Sequence record: NZ_CP034394.1
Strand: one strand, 5' to 3'
DNA from: a plasmid
DNA: 42,977 nt
Positions 1 through 8,907 of this stretch are shown here, piece by piece. Position 1 is the stretch's first letter; each line of letters starts with the position of its first letter. Below the pieces are notes generated by a model, which had not been told where the DNA came from, ran no database searches, and worked only from the letters and a program-made list of their open reading frames with translations. The position numbers were made by a program, and so were the translations under genes.

Positions 1-48
1 CAAAATTTTGTGGCAAAAACGCGTCACATCAAGCTTTTTCGCCTTGGC

Positions 49-62
49 TGTCTAATATACAG
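49..62. repeat. Left copy of the 14-bp direct repeat TGTCTAATATACAG (candidate att core or integrase arm-type site). An inverted copy, AATATTAGACAG, lies at 111-122.
   Basis: Exact match to 42870-42883 at the opposite end of the element, read directly from the sequence. Confidence 0.5.
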
Positions 63-157
63 AGCCACTGCGAAGCGCTGGAAACGAGTTCTGACGCCGC
101 TGAGATTCCGAATATTAGACAGCCCTGGCCGGGGTCAAGCCTCGGCCGGAGTGACAA

Positions 158-733
158 TCAGCCGCGGTTATCGCTGGCCACGACGGGGCTGGCCTGCATC
201 TTTCCACGGAAATAGGAGGCGATACCGAGAACCGGCGCCATGGTGGCCATCACGCCCGCCTCTGCGCCGATCAGCCCGGGCAGGTGACCCAGCACCACCG
301 GGTCTACACGGAAGAACATCACGCCAAGGTAGGCAATGGCCACCGTCCCGCCGGATACCAGGCCCATACAGCCGAAGCAAAATCCGATAAACGGCCGCCA
401 GCTGTAGGTCGGCCAGTGATCCGCCGCGGCCTCGGCGCGCATCGTTTCGTTGACGGCGGCGGTGTTGGCCTGGTCTGCCGCCAGCTCGGCCAGTTGCACC
501 TGCTGCGCCAGCCGGGCCAGGTCGGCCTGCTGATCCAGCACTGCCTTCTGGTATTGGTATGCCAGCTGCGGATCCGCCTGCAAGGCCGCAACCGCCGCGT
601 CGGGCGAAGACTGCCCGGTCACGGTCTTGGCGATGTCGACCACCTTGGTGGCCACCTTTTCGGCATTGCTGCCGCCCAACCAGCCGGCGATGAGGGGCGC
701 GAACTCGGCCAGCGCCATTGCGATAGGTAACAT
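158..733 (-). CDS. Putative holin of the GTA 3-TM type (GTA_holin_3TM-like). It has an N-terminal hydrophobic segment, a coiled-coil, and two C-terminal TM helices.
   Basis: Three predicted TM helices and an Ala/Gln-rich coiled-coil. It sits immediately downstream of the GH108 endolysin, as in gene-transfer-agent lysis cassettes. Confidence 0.5.
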   Translation of the reverse strand: MLPIAMALAEFAPLIAGWLGGSNAEKVATKVVDIAKTVTGQSSPDAAVAALQADPQLAYQYQKAVLDQQADLARLAQQVQLAELAADQANTAAVNETMRAEAAADHWPTYSWRPFIGFCFGCMGLVSGGTVAIAYLGVMFFRVDPVVLGHLPGLIGAEAGVMATMAPVLGIASYFRGKMQASPVVASDNRG

Positions 734-734
734 G

Positions 735-1217
735 TCAAATAGCTCCCAGTTTGAGATTGTCGGCGATGCGGTTCGCCCAGCCCTTGCCGAAGGTCGGCCA
801 GGTCTTCAGCGAGGTGAAGTAGCGCAGGCGCAAGCTGTTCCAGCGCATCATGAATTTCAGTGGATCGGTGGCGGCGACTGCCGCGATGGTGGCCGGCCCG
901 AGCAGGCCATCGACCTTGGCGCCGCTGGCCCCCTGCATCCAGATGATCGGGTGGCCGCCGTTGTAGTTGGCGTCGAAGATCTGGAACGCCACGCGCGGGT
1001 CGAACTGGTCCAGCTTCAGCGGGTTCCAGTACAGCTTCTTGGCAATCGCCTTGGCCGTGTCGCGCGGCAGGTCCTTCATGGGGCCGGTGTAGCCTTCCGC
1101 CCGGGCCACTCTGGCGGTGACGCCCCACATGGTCTCGCCGCCCGGGTCCTTGGGATTGTTGCTGTAGCCGCCTTCGTTGCCGATCAGTGCGTCAAAGGCA
1201 TCATCGAAACTGCTCAT
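735..1217 (-). CDS. Endolysin: glycoside hydrolase family 108 lysozyme with a C-terminal peptidoglycan-binding (PG_binding_3) domain.
   Basis: N-terminal GH108 signature GNEGGYSNNPKDPGGETMWGVT, with the catalytic Glu context. Its stop/start overlap with the holin is ATGA. Confidence 0.85.
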   Translation of the reverse strand: MSSFDDAFDALIGNEGGYSNNPKDPGGETMWGVTARVARAEGYTGPMKDLPRDTAKAIAKKLYWNPLKLDQFDPRVAFQIFDANYNGGHPIIWMQGASGAKVDGLLGPATIAAVAATDPLKFMMRWNSLRLRYFTSLKTWPTFGKGWANRIADNLKLGAI

Positions 1218-1540
1218 AGTTTTTCACCTCCCTGCGGAAACTTCGATTCCATCATCCGCTCCAGCAGCATGATCGAGCGGCTACCCATATGGCCGGCCAC
1301 CCCGACCATGGCCGCCGTCAGCAGCGGCGCGAAGTTGCTCCACTCGCACAGGTAGAACGTCATGACGCCCGCAAAGGCGCTGGTGCAGACCTCCCCGATC
1401 AGCTCCACGAAATTCCACGCGCGCGCGTGTCCGTCCTTCACCTTCCTCATGAAGGAGACGAATCCCCCCAATGCCGAGAGACCTATCACCCAGGCATAGG
1501 TGATCCATCCGAAGGTCTCTGGCGATTTATCTGGTGTCAT
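1214..1540 (-). CDS. Phage holin, about 108 aa with 2-3 TM helices. The real start is trimmed from the ORF-track start to MTPDKSPETF.
   Basis: Small membrane protein overlapping the endolysin start by ATGA. The upstream part of the track ORF runs through the terminator. Confidence 0.6.
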   Translation of the reverse strand: MTPDKSPETFGWITYAWVIGLSALGGFVSFMRKVKDGHARAWNFVELIGEVCTSAFAGVMTFYLCEWSNFAPLLTAAMVGVAGHMGSRSIMLLERMMESKFPQGGEKL

Positions 1541-1562
1541 TTTTGTGCGCCCCGAAAAGAAA

Positions 1563-1587
1563 ATAAAAAAGCCACCCGAAGGTGGCT
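1563..1587 (-). terminator. Rho-independent terminator (GCCACCC-GAA-GGTGGC followed by a U-run on the minus strand), between the tail-fibre chaperone and the holin.
   Basis: Perfect 6-7 bp GC stem with an A7 run on the plus strand, which is a U7 run on the transcript. Confidence 0.6.
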
Positions 1588-1608
1588 GCAATTGGTGAGG
1601 TTGGAAAA

Positions 1609-1974
1609 TCAGACGAAGGTGGCGGCTCTCCTGAAAAGGTCGTCAATCTGCGCGTCGGTCAGACCAACGGCGGCAGCCAGGGCCGCGACGAACGGGCTGC
1701 CCCGCTCCACCGTGGCCGCGTACTGCCAAACGATTTGCGTGTCCTGATCAGCAGCGGCCACGGCGGTTTCCACCGCCGCCAGCTTGCCGGCCGCCAGCAA
1801 TGCGCGGCGGGCCTGCGACTGCGTGACCGACGCGGGTACGGGCTCGGGTGCAGATTGCCATGCGGTGCCATCCCACACGTCGCCAGGATTGAGGCGCTGC
1901 GGTACTACCTCATCCAGGTGACTGACCTGGTCGCCCTCGTAGTAGCCAATCTCGGCGTTGATGTAGTAGCCCAT
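1609..1974 (-). CDS. Tail fibre assembly protein or chaperone. The start is trimmed to MGYYINAEIGYYEGD and overlaps the tail fibre stop in a TAATG arrangement.
   Basis: Position immediately after the tail fibre gene, its size (~121 aa), and start/stop coupling. The upstream part of the track ORF overlaps the fibre gene. Confidence 0.45.
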   Translation of the reverse strand: MGYYINAEIGYYEGDQVSHLDEVVPQRLNPGDVWDGTAWQSAPEPVPASVTQSQARRALLAAGKLAAVETAVAAADQDTQIVWQYAATVERGSPFVAALAAAVGLTDAQIDDLFRRAATFV

Positions 1975-4034
1975 TAGAATGCCCTCTTCGCAGAAAGAAG
2001 CAGTTGCCCTGCGCCGGCAAGCAAGCCGGCCCCGATATACAGCCCCGATCCACCGGTATTTACCAATGCCGCGTTGCGGGTGATGCCAGTGGTGGCCGGC
2101 CATGGCGGGTTATTGGTGTTGCTCGACGCCGCAAGCGTGTTTTCAAACCAGGAATCGGCCGAGGTTCGCCGCGCATAGCCGGTTGTATTGACCAGTTCAA
2201 CGGGGATGCCGATGTTATGGCTGAAGGTGTAAGCACCCAAGGAAGAAAACGCAACAGGCGATACCGTCGAACTGAGATACCGCGCATTTAGTGCATAGTT
2301 CACCACGCTGGAAACCGACGACCCGCCCGTGATGCACTCGCCCACATAGACCCGGTTCTTCGCAGTAAATGTGGGGTTCGCACCGGCCGCCGTCGAGGCG
2401 CCCGAAATGCCGTACATGGTCATGTTCGGGATGTTGAAGAAATCGGAAGCATAGCCAGCAGCGGTAATGCTTGGCGCGGAACCGGGGACTGAGTAGGTAG
2501 TCCCGCCCGGGTGGTCGCAGTACGGTAGGAATTCGAATTCATCGATGTAACCATCGAAGCCAAGAGAGCTACCTGCGTTGTTTGCTCCACCAACACGGAT
2601 TTCCGTGATGGCGCAGATCCGCGCGGCGCTGGCCTGCGTAAGTTCGCGCGCGCCATTCAAGTTCACGAAATACTGACCAGCCACCTTGTCGTAGCCAATT
2701 TCCACGAAATTCCAAGCATTGAGGGCCATGGTCGTGCTTCCGCTAGATGACGCGATATCTAGCGAATTGCCGGTACTGGAAAGCTGCCAATTCAATTTAC
2801 CAGTCGTGAGTGCGAAAAGGTGCACACCATATCCGTTCGCATTAGTTGCGCCAAGCAGTGCGCGACTCTGCGAGCCAAAGCTTGTGAAATAGAACCATCC
2901 ACGCATGGTCCAGCTATCAGCCCCGAGGTTACTTATAGACGTGGTGCGTGCAAAGTCAGTACTGCCATTCAGTGCGTTATTCGTGCCGGCGCCGCCCAGT
3001 GCCGTGCCGCCGAACTTAGACTGATTAGATTGCAGTTTTGCGCCGCCCTGTGCCGTCCAAGTGTTGCCGAAGTCGTCAATAAACGACGTGCTGCCAGCGG
3101 TACCGTCGAAGTGCAGCAGCGCCTGGGCAGATTGGTTATAGGAGTATCCGTATTGCGGCGGCGCCAGCGTCTTGCCCCAGGTAACGGACGTCGGGCTGAC
3201 GTAGTCCTGCGTGATGTAAGACAGATTGTTGGCCGGCAGCGCCGAGACCACACCGGTGGTATCTGCCGACAACGTGGCGATAAAGTCAGCGGCACCCTGC
3301 GCGAACGCCGTGCGCATCGGCATGGCAGTGGCAGATAGGTTCAGCGCCAAGCCGGACCCTGCGGCCAGCATCGCAGCATATCCCAGCGCATTGGTCACCC
3401 CCTGCAGTACGGTCTGCCGCACAGCCGGGGATGTCGTGCCCTGCGGGATGATGCCGTTGGCCGGATTCTGCAAGACGTAAGCACCGAATGCCTGGCTCCA
3501 GGTCAGCAGCATAGGATATCCGGCGCCGGGGATATCGTTCGGCACCAACGGGGAATTGGCCCCTTTTACCACCGGGTAAGCAGGCAGCGTGGTGCTTCCC
3601 AAGGTCAGCGCCAGCGTGACGCTGGGCGACGTGCTGGAGGTCTGGGCAGTGAGCGTAAAGGGCTGCCCATTAGTCAGCGAGGTCAGCGTGGTCGCAATGG
3701 TCGCGGTCAGCGCGTTGGCGGTACCGCCAGCGACCGCCGAACTGTATGCCCCTTGCTGCGTGGCTGCAATGGTGGCCAAACCCCACGCCGGTTGCGTCAG
3801 GTCACCGATCAAGATCCAGCCGGTGTTCGCGGCATTGCGCATGCGCAGGACGCTCGGCGTCACTGACGTGTCGGCCCAGTAGGAGAAGGGCTGAACTCCA
3901 CCCGTGAGGGTCGCTGGATCAGTTGCACCCGAAGTCTTGCTGGAAATAGCCGCCAATGCGGTGTTGATGGCTGTCACCAGTGCCAGCCCGGAAAGGGTGC
4001 CAGTGGTGGGTAAGATGAGAGAGCCTTGAGACAT
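1974..4034 (-). CDS. Tail fibre protein, 686 aa and Thr/Ser/Gly/Ala-rich, with a C-terminal concanavalin/LamG-like receptor-binding region.
   Basis: Composition, size and position typical of siphovirus side or tail fibres. A conserved N-terminal MSQGSLILPTTGT-type anchor is followed by a variable C-terminus. Confidence 0.65.
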   Translation of the reverse strand: MSQGSLILPTTGTLSGLALVTAINTALAAISSKTSGATDPATLTGGVQPFSYWADTSVTPSVLRMRNAANTGWILIGDLTQPAWGLATIAATQQGAYSSAVAGGTANALTATIATTLTSLTNGQPFTLTAQTSSTSPSVTLALTLGSTTLPAYPVVKGANSPLVPNDIPGAGYPMLLTWSQAFGAYVLQNPANGIIPQGTTSPAVRQTVLQGVTNALGYAAMLAAGSGLALNLSATAMPMRTAFAQGAADFIATLSADTTGVVSALPANNLSYITQDYVSPTSVTWGKTLAPPQYGYSYNQSAQALLHFDGTAGSTSFIDDFGNTWTAQGGAKLQSNQSKFGGTALGGAGTNNALNGSTDFARTTSISNLGADSWTMRGWFYFTSFGSQSRALLGATNANGYGVHLFALTTGKLNWQLSSTGNSLDIASSSGSTTMALNAWNFVEIGYDKVAGQYFVNLNGARELTQASAARICAITEIRVGGANNAGSSLGFDGYIDEFEFLPYCDHPGGTTYSVPGSAPSITAAGYASDFFNIPNMTMYGISGASTAAGANPTFTAKNRVYVGECITGGSSVSSVVNYALNARYLSSTVSPVAFSSLGAYTFSHNIGIPVELVNTTGYARRTSADSWFENTLAASSNTNNPPWPATTGITRNAALVNTGGSGLYIGAGLLAGAGQLLLSAKRAF

Positions 4035-4035
4035 T

Positions 4036-7000
4036 TCAATATCCTTGGATTTGAAGATTTACGGTTCGGGAGACAAGAGCACCGGCATTCACGACCTTGA
4101 CCACGCAGCTGCCGGCGGTGATGCCGGTGATCTGGCAGTCGTCGCCGGCCTGGGCGCTCAAGATCGTTGCCTGCACGGACGGAACGGACTGGCCGGCCGG
4201 GCCGCCGTTGAACGGTGTCGAGAAATTCACCGTCGTCGGAGTGCCAGACGTGGCCACTTGATAAGCATCGAGACGATCAGGAACATCCACGGAAAACATG
4301 AAATCGCTGACCACTGCAATCACCTGGCTATCGCTGGACGTGACCAGTACCCGGGCCTTGAAATACTGGGCGTTGTAGGCGCCTGGCACGAAGTTCTGCC
4401 AAGGCCCATACACCCCATCCGTTCCTGCGGTGGCAATCTGCGGCTGGACGTTGATCTTGGCCCCGAGCGCAGATGCAAACAGGTCCGCCACGCCAAGAAA
4501 ATCGGCGATAGTGAAGACGTTGTCATGCACCGACTGCCCGCGCGCGGTGTAGGACATCAGCACATTGCAGGGGGCCAGACGGCCGATGTTGACGGTATGC
4601 GATGCGGGCAAGTCATAAACACCCGACGACGCGACACCGCCATACCAAAGCACATCGGTCACGGTCAACACGTTGGCCTCTGCCAAGATGTTCCCGGCCC
4701 CTTGGAGCATCAGCTCACCACCCTGCACCACCAGCCCAGCCGAAAGAGTGCCGCTCCAGCCCGTTGCCGCCTCGCTGAACGACTGGATGACGTTCTTGGT
4801 CAACGTCGCCCCAGCGATCACGATTGACACTGGCACGTAGGAGTAGACGTTCAGACTGCTCGCGGCCAGATAGTGGGCCGATATCCAGTACGTACCATCA
4901 CCGACGGCGGTAAAGCTGGTTGTCGGCGTGCGACCGATCACCTGGGCCGAGTCCCATGTCGGGCCGATCCGGATCTCGTAATCGACCGCAGGCTGGCGGA
5001 AGTCGCTGACCGCGTCCCAGGAAATCTGCGTCAGCCCTGCAACGAAGTTCGTGACCACGTTGGCCACCGATGGAAGCGGCGAGTTCAGGGCCGAGCCGGT
5101 GATCGTGTATTGGTAGGCCGGCACGTCGGCCAGCGCCTGCAGACCGCCACCAAACTGGTTGACCGCCGGCAGCTTCACGTACATCGTGACCCCGATCTTC
5201 TCTGCGCCAAAGGGATACTTGAAGACTGCGCCATCCAGGCGGGCGAACTGAGTTCCTGCCGCATGGTCCTTGATGGCCGTCCCGTAAGCGCCGCGCCGCA
5301 GGTACTGCAGCCCGTATTTATACTGGGCCGTCAAGGTGGCATCCCGATAAGCGATCAGCTCGCCATCGACGTAGCAGAGTGTATTGAGCCCATCCGCATC
5401 TGCCTGCGTGCCGCTGCTCATCTGGCCGCGACTTTGGGTAAGGTCCACCGCCAGAGTGCTGGCCGTGTCGGGATCGAGCACTGTTGGCAACGCAGAAGTC
5501 AAGATGCCCTGGCGAGCAGGGTTGACCACCGCCCCAATCTGCCGATAGGTGTTGCCGTCTTCGGAGACCCACACCTGGCAGCCGGACCAAGTGGCGTCCC
5601 CGCTGGCCGCGATCCATACCTCCAGGCCGCTCACGGTCAGCAGGTCTGGCGCCTCGAAAATAACCGGGGGATTGGTGTTGTTGGGCGCGGCATTATAGTT
5701 CGCCGAATAGCCGGCGGACGCCGGCAACGGAATCAGCGGGCTGCTGGCCACACCTTCCGGCGCATCCTCAGCCTGAAACGTCAGCTCACCATCATCGCTT
5801 TCCTCCACCGAGGTAATGCGCACCGGCCAGCGCACCAGGCCGAGCTGGCTATCCGTAATGGTGACGATGTCAGTCGGCTCCAACAGGCAGAAATTCCACG
5901 GCAGGCGAAATTCGTACGTGTTCCGGATGTACAACGAGCGCTGCATCACCAGGTTCACCACAAGGCTGGCAACGTCCGGGTCTGCGATTTCGTGAGCGGT
6001 GATCATGCTCATCGGCCGCAGGCCGAAGGTATCGATATTGGCCTGATCCTTAGCCTCCGCCGTCTCGACGTTGTAGCTGTTGTTCCGGTTGAGGAATTCC
6101 AGCTTGGCGCTATTGAAGGCATCGTCGACGGTGTTGCGCGTGGCCCGCACCGGATCTTCCCCATCGCCAGAAATAAAATGGTCGTCGGTCAGGTCATAAA
6201 TTGGTGCCAAATTTGGCACGAACGTGGCACCGTTCCCCGAGACAGTTTGATCCCCATACGGCGTGATCTTGAGCATGTCCTCGGAGAAGTAGATCGCCGA
6301 GTTTGTAAGCTGCATCAGGGTGGTAAGCGTCGTCGCCGCATCTTGCTGGTTCGAATACGCCGGCGACAGCAGAATGCCCTGCGCCAAGCAGTAATTCGAA
6401 TAAGCATCCCAGTTACCGACCTTGTCGACCGGGTACCCGGCGCCGTAGTTCGGGTTGGTCAGAAAGTCGAGCACGATATCGCGCGGGTTAGCGTCCAGGA
6501 CGCCCGCTGCCACGTCGAACGGTAGACGTCCGGTCACGACATAGTTGTGATTCGGCAGGCTTGTATTGCTGCCCAGGTCGTAGGCTCCAGCTGCGACATA
6601 GGCAATCCCCTGATAGCTGATCGCTTGATCCGGATGGTACGTCGCGAGATAGCTCCACGGCGCCTGCGGATAGGTCCCCTTGAAGTAGGAGAACAACCGG
6701 CCAACGTCGTAATAGGACTTGTCCACGAAGACGCCATTCACGCTGGCGATAGGCCCCTCGCAGATCGCGATGGCCAGCCCGGCAGTGTAGGTATAGGTGG
6801 TATTGGTTGATTCACCACCGCCGCCGCCGCCCTTCCCGCCGCCGCCTCCAGCGCTGCTGCTGGTGGTGTGGGCGATAGGCGTGAAGTCGCCGTACCAGAT
6901 CAGATTTCCCGATACGCGCGTGGTCCCATAGACGATGGGCAGGCCGAGGCCATATGCCGAAGTCTGGATCTGCAAGCCCAGCGCCATCGTGCCGGTCGTG

Positions 7001-7038
7001 TTGATCCCCTTCGTTCCGCCGCCAAATAATCCAGCCAT
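4036..7038 (-). CDS. Large distal tail or host-specificity protein (lambda J-like, or RcGTA g15-like). It is 1000 aa and carries a Gly-rich tract.
   Basis: Size and its position downstream of the NlpC/P60 K-like gene. It contains GGGGGKGGGGGG and FN3-like segments. Confidence 0.65.
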   Translation of the reverse strand: MAGLFGGGTKGINTTGTMALGLQIQTSAYGLGLPIVYGTTRVSGNLIWYGDFTPIAHTTSSSAGGGGGKGGGGGGESTNTTYTYTAGLAIAICEGPIASVNGVFVDKSYYDVGRLFSYFKGTYPQAPWSYLATYHPDQAISYQGIAYVAAGAYDLGSNTSLPNHNYVVTGRLPFDVAAGVLDANPRDIVLDFLTNPNYGAGYPVDKVGNWDAYSNYCLAQGILLSPAYSNQQDAATTLTTLMQLTNSAIYFSEDMLKITPYGDQTVSGNGATFVPNLAPIYDLTDDHFISGDGEDPVRATRNTVDDAFNSAKLEFLNRNNSYNVETAEAKDQANIDTFGLRPMSMITAHEIADPDVASLVVNLVMQRSLYIRNTYEFRLPWNFCLLEPTDIVTITDSQLGLVRWPVRITSVEESDDGELTFQAEDAPEGVASSPLIPLPASAGYSANYNAAPNNTNPPVIFEAPDLLTVSGLEVWIAASGDATWSGCQVWVSEDGNTYRQIGAVVNPARQGILTSALPTVLDPDTASTLAVDLTQSRGQMSSGTQADADGLNTLCYVDGELIAYRDATLTAQYKYGLQYLRRGAYGTAIKDHAAGTQFARLDGAVFKYPFGAEKIGVTMYVKLPAVNQFGGGLQALADVPAYQYTITGSALNSPLPSVANVVTNFVAGLTQISWDAVSDFRQPAVDYEIRIGPTWDSAQVIGRTPTTSFTAVGDGTYWISAHYLAASSLNVYSYVPVSIVIAGATLTKNVIQSFSEAATGWSGTLSAGLVVQGGELMLQGAGNILAEANVLTVTDVLWYGGVASSGVYDLPASHTVNIGRLAPCNVLMSYTARGQSVHDNVFTIADFLGVADLFASALGAKINVQPQIATAGTDGVYGPWQNFVPGAYNAQYFKARVLVTSSDSQVIAVVSDFMFSVDVPDRLDAYQVATSGTPTTVNFSTPFNGGPAGQSVPSVQATILSAQAGDDCQITGITAGSCVVKVVNAGALVSRTVNLQIQGY

Positions 7039-7458
7039 TTAGTCCTCGAATAGTGTCCAGTGGCTATCCAGCCGCCCCTGCAGTTCGCCGTCGTCAGCGC
7101 TCCCCAGTACGCAGCCGAGCCGAAAATACGAATGGATCAGGTTCGGCCAGCCGGTGACGATTGCGCCGTGCGAAACGCACCGGCCGAACTTGAAGAGCGC
7201 GATGTCGCCAGGCCGTGGGTTGTCGGTCCGCCTGGCGTACTGCTTCACCCAGCCGAGATACCTCTCATCGTCGCGGTGAAAGTGCCAATCCTGCGGGTAG
7301 TAGCCGACATCGATCTTCGGCAACAAGCCCACCGCGTGGTACACCTCCAGCAGCAGCGTGGCGCAGTCAGCGCCGCCGCCCTTTACCCTGGCCATGTGGT
7401 GGTAAGGCGTCCGCAACCAAGTCATGGCCTCGTCCACTACAGCTTCTCGCGTCGTCAT
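7039..7458 (-). CDS. Tail assembly protein of the NlpC/P60 family (lambda K-like, or GTA g14-like). The start is trimmed to MTTREAVVDEAMTW.
   Basis: NlpC/P60 Cys-His motif context (GADCATLL ... H). Its position lies between the L-like and J-like genes. Confidence 0.65.
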   Translation of the reverse strand: MTTREAVVDEAMTWLRTPYHHMARVKGGGADCATLLLEVYHAVGLLPKIDVGYYPQDWHFHRDDERYLGWVKQYARRTDNPRPGDIALFKFGRCVSHGAIVTGWPNLIHSYFRLGCVLGSADDGELQGRLDSHWTLFED

Positions 7459-8309
7459 TGCGATGTCTCCGGTACCGGGATATAGGGCATCGCGCGGAAG
7501 TTGGGCAGGTTGTTGAATTTCTGCCGGCAGGTCCCTTGCGATTTGTCGCACCCGGGGAAAATGTTGAACTTGTCGCCCACCGCTGGCGCGGTCGGCAGAG
7601 GGTTGAGCAGCTGGACGATGCCGTCGGCAAAAGTCTTCACCGTGCGGGTCGTGCCAGCCAGGTCGCCGCTGGTGAACTGCACATAGCCGGCGTCGAAATA
7701 TCCCTTGGCGTAGGCCCCGAGGGTCGAGGTAGTCAGCCTGGTGGTGGTCGCTGCATCCGCAGCCGTCGGGACAGCCACTGCGGCCCGCGCGACCGCGCAA
7801 CCTGCGTCATAGAGGGTATGCAGGCAACCCGGCTGGAACAGATTGCGGGGCATCTGGATGTTCAGCTTCTGAAGAGGCGACGAGATAGTCACCTTTGCTT
7901 CTGTGCGGCCCACCACCATAGGCCCGACCACACCGGTGAAGTGGATGATTCCGCCGACAATGGCCGGCGCCGCGGTCATGAATACCCGGTCCACTCGGAC
8001 ATTTGCACCATCGAATGCGCCGGCACGGGCCGCCGCCAGGAAGGGCTGCCCATTCACCAGGTGGGAGCTGTTCGCGTAAATGTTCAGGTCTAGGGTGTCT
8101 ACCTCAACTCCGGTCACGCATCGCACTTTCGACCTGCTGAACCCTGGCCCGCTGGAAGAGAACAGGTTGCCCTGATAAGTGATGTCGCTGTCCCAGAGCG
8201 CGTATCGAAGAATCGTGCCGTTAATCAGGAAGAAGGTATAGAGGTCCGCCATAGCGAACGGCTGGCCACTCGCAAATAGCGCGATCAGTTCAGGATTGGC
8301 AGATTTCAT
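7455..8309 (-). CDS. Tail protein with a DUF2163 plus phage_BR0599 domain (lambda L-like minor tail protein, or GTA g13-like) and a C-terminal Cys pair.
   Basis: C-terminal FPGCDKSQGTCRQKF motif. It shows ATGA overlap coupling with both neighbours. Confidence 0.55.
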   Translation of the reverse strand: MKSANPELIALFASGQPFAMADLYTFFLINGTILRYALWDSDITYQGNLFSSSGPGFSRSKVRCVTGVEVDTLDLNIYANSSHLVNGQPFLAAARAGAFDGANVRVDRVFMTAAPAIVGGIIHFTGVVGPMVVGRTEAKVTISSPLQKLNIQMPRNLFQPGCLHTLYDAGCAVARAAVAVPTAADAATTTRLTTSTLGAYAKGYFDAGYVQFTSGDLAGTTRTVKTFADGIVQLLNPLPTAPAVGDKFNIFPGCDKSQGTCRQKFNNLPNFRAMPYIPVPETSQ

Positions 8310-8905
8310 ACTTTGTTTCCTGGCGATCCAATGAATTGCACTTTCTTCAGCTCCCACAGGTCCTGCATGAACTGGCTAAACTGCGATGTATCCTGCAGGA
8401 AGCGCACACGAAAGTAGTAAGAGCCCGACCACGTCAGCTGTGCATTTACAGCGGGCGGAGTCGTGAACGTGACCATGCCGGTGCTGCTGAGCGTGTAATT
8501 GTTGACCACGACCCCATTCACCTTGATGTTGGCGAGCGCATTGACGTTCTGCACTGGCTCAACGAAGGTCCCGAGCGCACGGATCAGCTGGAAAGACGTT
8601 GTCACGCCATCCCCAACCCCCAGCAGCTGGTCGGCCACGGCATGGTCGCTGGGCTCAGTGAAAAGGAAGCTGTCGAAGGAACCCTGGCGCGCGAGGAAGA
8701 AGCCGGTCAACGTGTTCAAGTCGTTGCCGGCCACCCCGTTGCGCAGGTATTCATAGGTCAGCTCGAAAGTCCAAAGCGGGTACTGCATGAAGGCGGCCCG
8801 AAATTCCTTTCCCGATACCGACTTCTTGATCGAGGTCGAAAATTCGGGCTGCTTCATCACCGGCCACGCCAGGCCAGGCAGCGATGGATAAATGGCATTG
8901 CTCAT
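8306..8905 (-). CDS. Tail protein of the DUF2460/TIGR02217 family (lambda M-like, or GTA g12-like).
   Basis: Position right after the tape measure gene. Size and sequence are typical of this conserved GTA and siphovirus tail protein. Confidence 0.5.
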   Translation of the reverse strand: MSNAIYPSLPGLAWPVMKQPEFSTSIKKSVSGKEFRAAFMQYPLWTFELTYEYLRNGVAGNDLNTLTGFFLARQGSFDSFLFTEPSDHAVADQLLGVGDGVTTSFQLIRALGTFVEPVQNVNALANIKVNGVVVNNYTLSSTGMVTFTTPPAVNAQLTWSGSYYFRVRFLQDTSQFSQFMQDLWELKKVQFIGSPGNKV

Positions 8906-8907
8906 CG

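Noticed and set aside
10-390. Plus-strand ORF of 126 aa with a GTG start, covering the left terminal repeats.
   Set aside because: Its composition is Arg/Pro/Gly-rich, which is a GC-frame artefact. It overlaps the well-supported minus-strand 3TM holin gene and the putative att region. It has no RBS.
4873-6525. 550-aa plus-strand ORF inside the J-like tail gene, and similar long antisense ORFs (e.g. 15630..16664, 16786..18054, 18086..19390, 19439..20632, 21289..22266, 22968..24218, 33547..34587, 35171..36250, 36410..37648).
   Set aside because: All are Arg/Gly/Ala/His-rich open frames of the kind expected on the antisense strand of high-GC coding DNA. Each is fully overlapped by a gene with a recognisable family signature or coupling signals.
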